Positions 62,395 through 64,000 of a stretch of DNA of 64,000 nt are shown in pieces; the stretch's first letter is position 1; every line of letters starts with the position of its first letter. Position numbers and translations under genes: made by a program. Origin of the DNA: Candidatus Methanogaster sp. (GTDB lineage: Archaea > Halobacteriota > Methanosarcinia > Methanosarcinales > Methanogasteraceae); contig PQXF01000002.1 in NCBI GenBank assembly GCA_003194445.1, positions 148,116 through 212,115 on the forward strand, read 5' to 3'. A model generated the notes under the pieces. That model was given only the letters and a program-made list of their open reading frames with translations, did not search any database and had not been told where the DNA came from.

Positions 62395-63852
62395 ATGAAC
62401 GAGAATATATTTACCACCGTATGTCCGGGCTGCTCGATTGCGTGCGGAATGTACGTTCGCGAAAAGGACGACGGCACTTATGACATCGACTGGCGCAAGG
62501 ACGCAGTCGTTAACGCAGGCAAACTCTGTAGATTCGGAGTGAGACTGTCTGCGAATCTCAAAGCAGCAGTTTCAAAGGTCGATGGAAACGAGGTCGAGCT
62601 CTCAGACGCGGTCACAGCAGCAGGAAACGCGATCGTTGATGGTGCTGCATTTGTCTCTGTCGGAAACACGACATGCGAAGAGCACCTCGCACTGATGAAA
62701 CTTGCAGAAAGCAAGGGAGCGGTTGTAAACACAGGAATGGGTGCGTTCTCATCTATCCCGGCTGAATGCCACTCAACAATGGGTGTGGGTGTCCCGCTCG
62801 ACGCAATCGAGAGCGCGAAGAAGATTGTGCTCTTCATCGATCCGTACGAACAGTACCCATTACTCGTAAGAAGAATTCTTGCGAGCAAGAAGAATGGAGC
62901 AACGGTTACCGCGGTCGGCTGGAAAGCGGTAAGTCTTGCTGATGATAACAAGACGATCGATCCTGCCAACTACGAGTCTGAGCTTGATCTTGACAATGAT
63001 TCGGTGATCATCGCAGAGATTAACCCGAGCACTGATCCTGAGCGTGTGATGGTACTCTTAAACCTCGCGAAGGCGTCAGGGGCAGCGATCATGTTTATGA
63101 AGCCGTTTGTAAATGCTGTCGGATGTGATCTCGCAAGCAAGAAGACCGAGCAGAAGAGCCTTGACCAGATCATCGCAGAGATTAACGATGGCAGCATCAA
63201 GACGCTTGTGTGCCTGGACTCTGATCTTATAGAGATCATGCCAGACGAGACCGCTGTGCGAGAGGCACTCGGGAAACTGGACAACCTGATCGTGATCACG
63301 TCACGGGCAAGTGCGATTACTGATGTTGCGAAGATCGTTGTTGCAACCGAGCCGCTCTACAAGAAGGCGGGAACCGTTGTGAACGCAGAGGGCAGGGCGC
63401 TTGTCGGCAGCGGCGAGGGCACAGACGGCATCGATGTGGTCGGAGCGATGATGGGGCAGCCAGTTGGCATGTACGATGAGGTACATGCAGCTTTGCTTGC
63501 GACTCTTGGCATCGAAGAGGTGGACGAGCGAGTCGTTCCAGAGTACGAGAAGCCAGATTATGCGGCGATGGACGCAAACCCGACAGCAGAGGCGGTTGAG
63601 ACTGCGCTGGTGTATGCTGGCGGTCCGTTCTTCTGGAACGGCATGGTCGATGACAACGACTTTGTCGAGATGAATCTCGATATGGTGACTGCAAGTTCGC
63701 TTCTGAAGGGAATTCCTGCGAGGATTGTGTCTGATAAAGGCGAGGTTGCCATCAAGTACAAGGTCTCGGATGTTGCTCCGGGCGTAGTGCTTTCGAATGT
63801 GAAGCTTCCGATGACGACTGGAATGGTAACGAGCGTCACGGTCTCGAGGTGA
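62395..63852 (+). CDS. Divergent molybdopterin oxidoreductase-like (FdhA/FwdB-like) subunit
   Basis: CPGCSIAC...VNAGKLC Fe-S motif and GTVVNAEGR. Confidence 0.7.
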   Translation: MNENIFTTVCPGCSIACGMYVREKDDGTYDIDWRKDAVVNAGKLCRFGVRLSANLKAAVSKVDGNEVELSDAVTAAGNAIVDGAAFVSVGNTTCEEHLALMKLAESKGAVVNTGMGAFSSIPAECHSTMGVGVPLDAIESAKKIVLFIDPYEQYPLLVRRILASKKNGATVTAVGWKAVSLADDNKTIDPANYESELDLDNDSVIIAEINPSTDPERVMVLLNLAKASGAAIMFMKPFVNAVGCDLASKKTEQKSLDQIIAEINDGSIKTLVCLDSDLIEIMPDETAVREALGKLDNLIVITSRASAITDVAKIVVATEPLYKKAGTVVNAEGRALVGSGEGTDGIDVVGAMMGQPVGMYDEVHAALLATLGIEEVDERVVPEYEKPDYAAMDANPTAEAVETALVYAGGPFFWNGMVDDNDFVEMNLDMVTASSLLKGIPARIVSDKGEVAIKYKVSDVAPGVVLSNVKLPMTTGMVTSVTVSR

Positions 63853-63858
63853 TTGGAA

Positions 63859-64000
63859 ATGGCAGAGAAAGAGAAGTTATCCAAGGAAGAAAAGGCTCGT
63901 CAGAACGCTGTAATCAAGGAGATCATGGCTGATTTCGGTCTCGAAGGTGTCACGAAGAAGCGGCTCATCCGGTTCATCGGGAACAACGAGAACTGGGATA
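63859..64000 (+). CDS. Start of the next operon gene (possibly HdrC-like), cut by the window edge
   Basis: ATG after GAGGTGA RBS and open to the end; identity inferred from context only. Confidence 0.45.
   Translation, partial: MAEKEKLSKEEKARQNAVIKEIMADFGLEGVTKKRLIRFIGNNENWD

Overview
Archaeal genomic DNA from the Methanosarcinales, most likely an ANME-2-type methanotroph. This is inferred from ftr, hdrA-mvhD-fdhB-like genes, ahbAB, a 13-heme cytochrome, a PGF-CTERM S-layer protein and a dockerin/FG-GAP protein. Housekeeping blocks include dapL, three tRNAs, pheS, bud32, nop10-aIF2a-rps27e-rpl44e-GINS, livKHMGF, nre, rli, ftr and the hdr cluster. The standout is the ~11.5 kb between the S-layer gene (13513-14922) and intact pheS (26546-28015). 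It is an integrase-free cassette array built from four degenerate copies of the pheS 3' ~1 kb (three share one breakpoint), four copies of the S-layer promoter/leader and a repeated linker. These modules bracket different toxin-antitoxin cassettes (MNT-HEPN x2, DUF6516-like x2, two PIN pairs) and an acylphosphatase-domain gene, and several cargo genes join the repeats at or within a few bases of an ATG. The same pattern, a duplicated gene end flanking foreign cargo, recurs at the RND gene, at livF and at a dockerin-end repeat array (49.6-54.9 kb). All calls are by-eye motif recognition and alignment; no searches were run.
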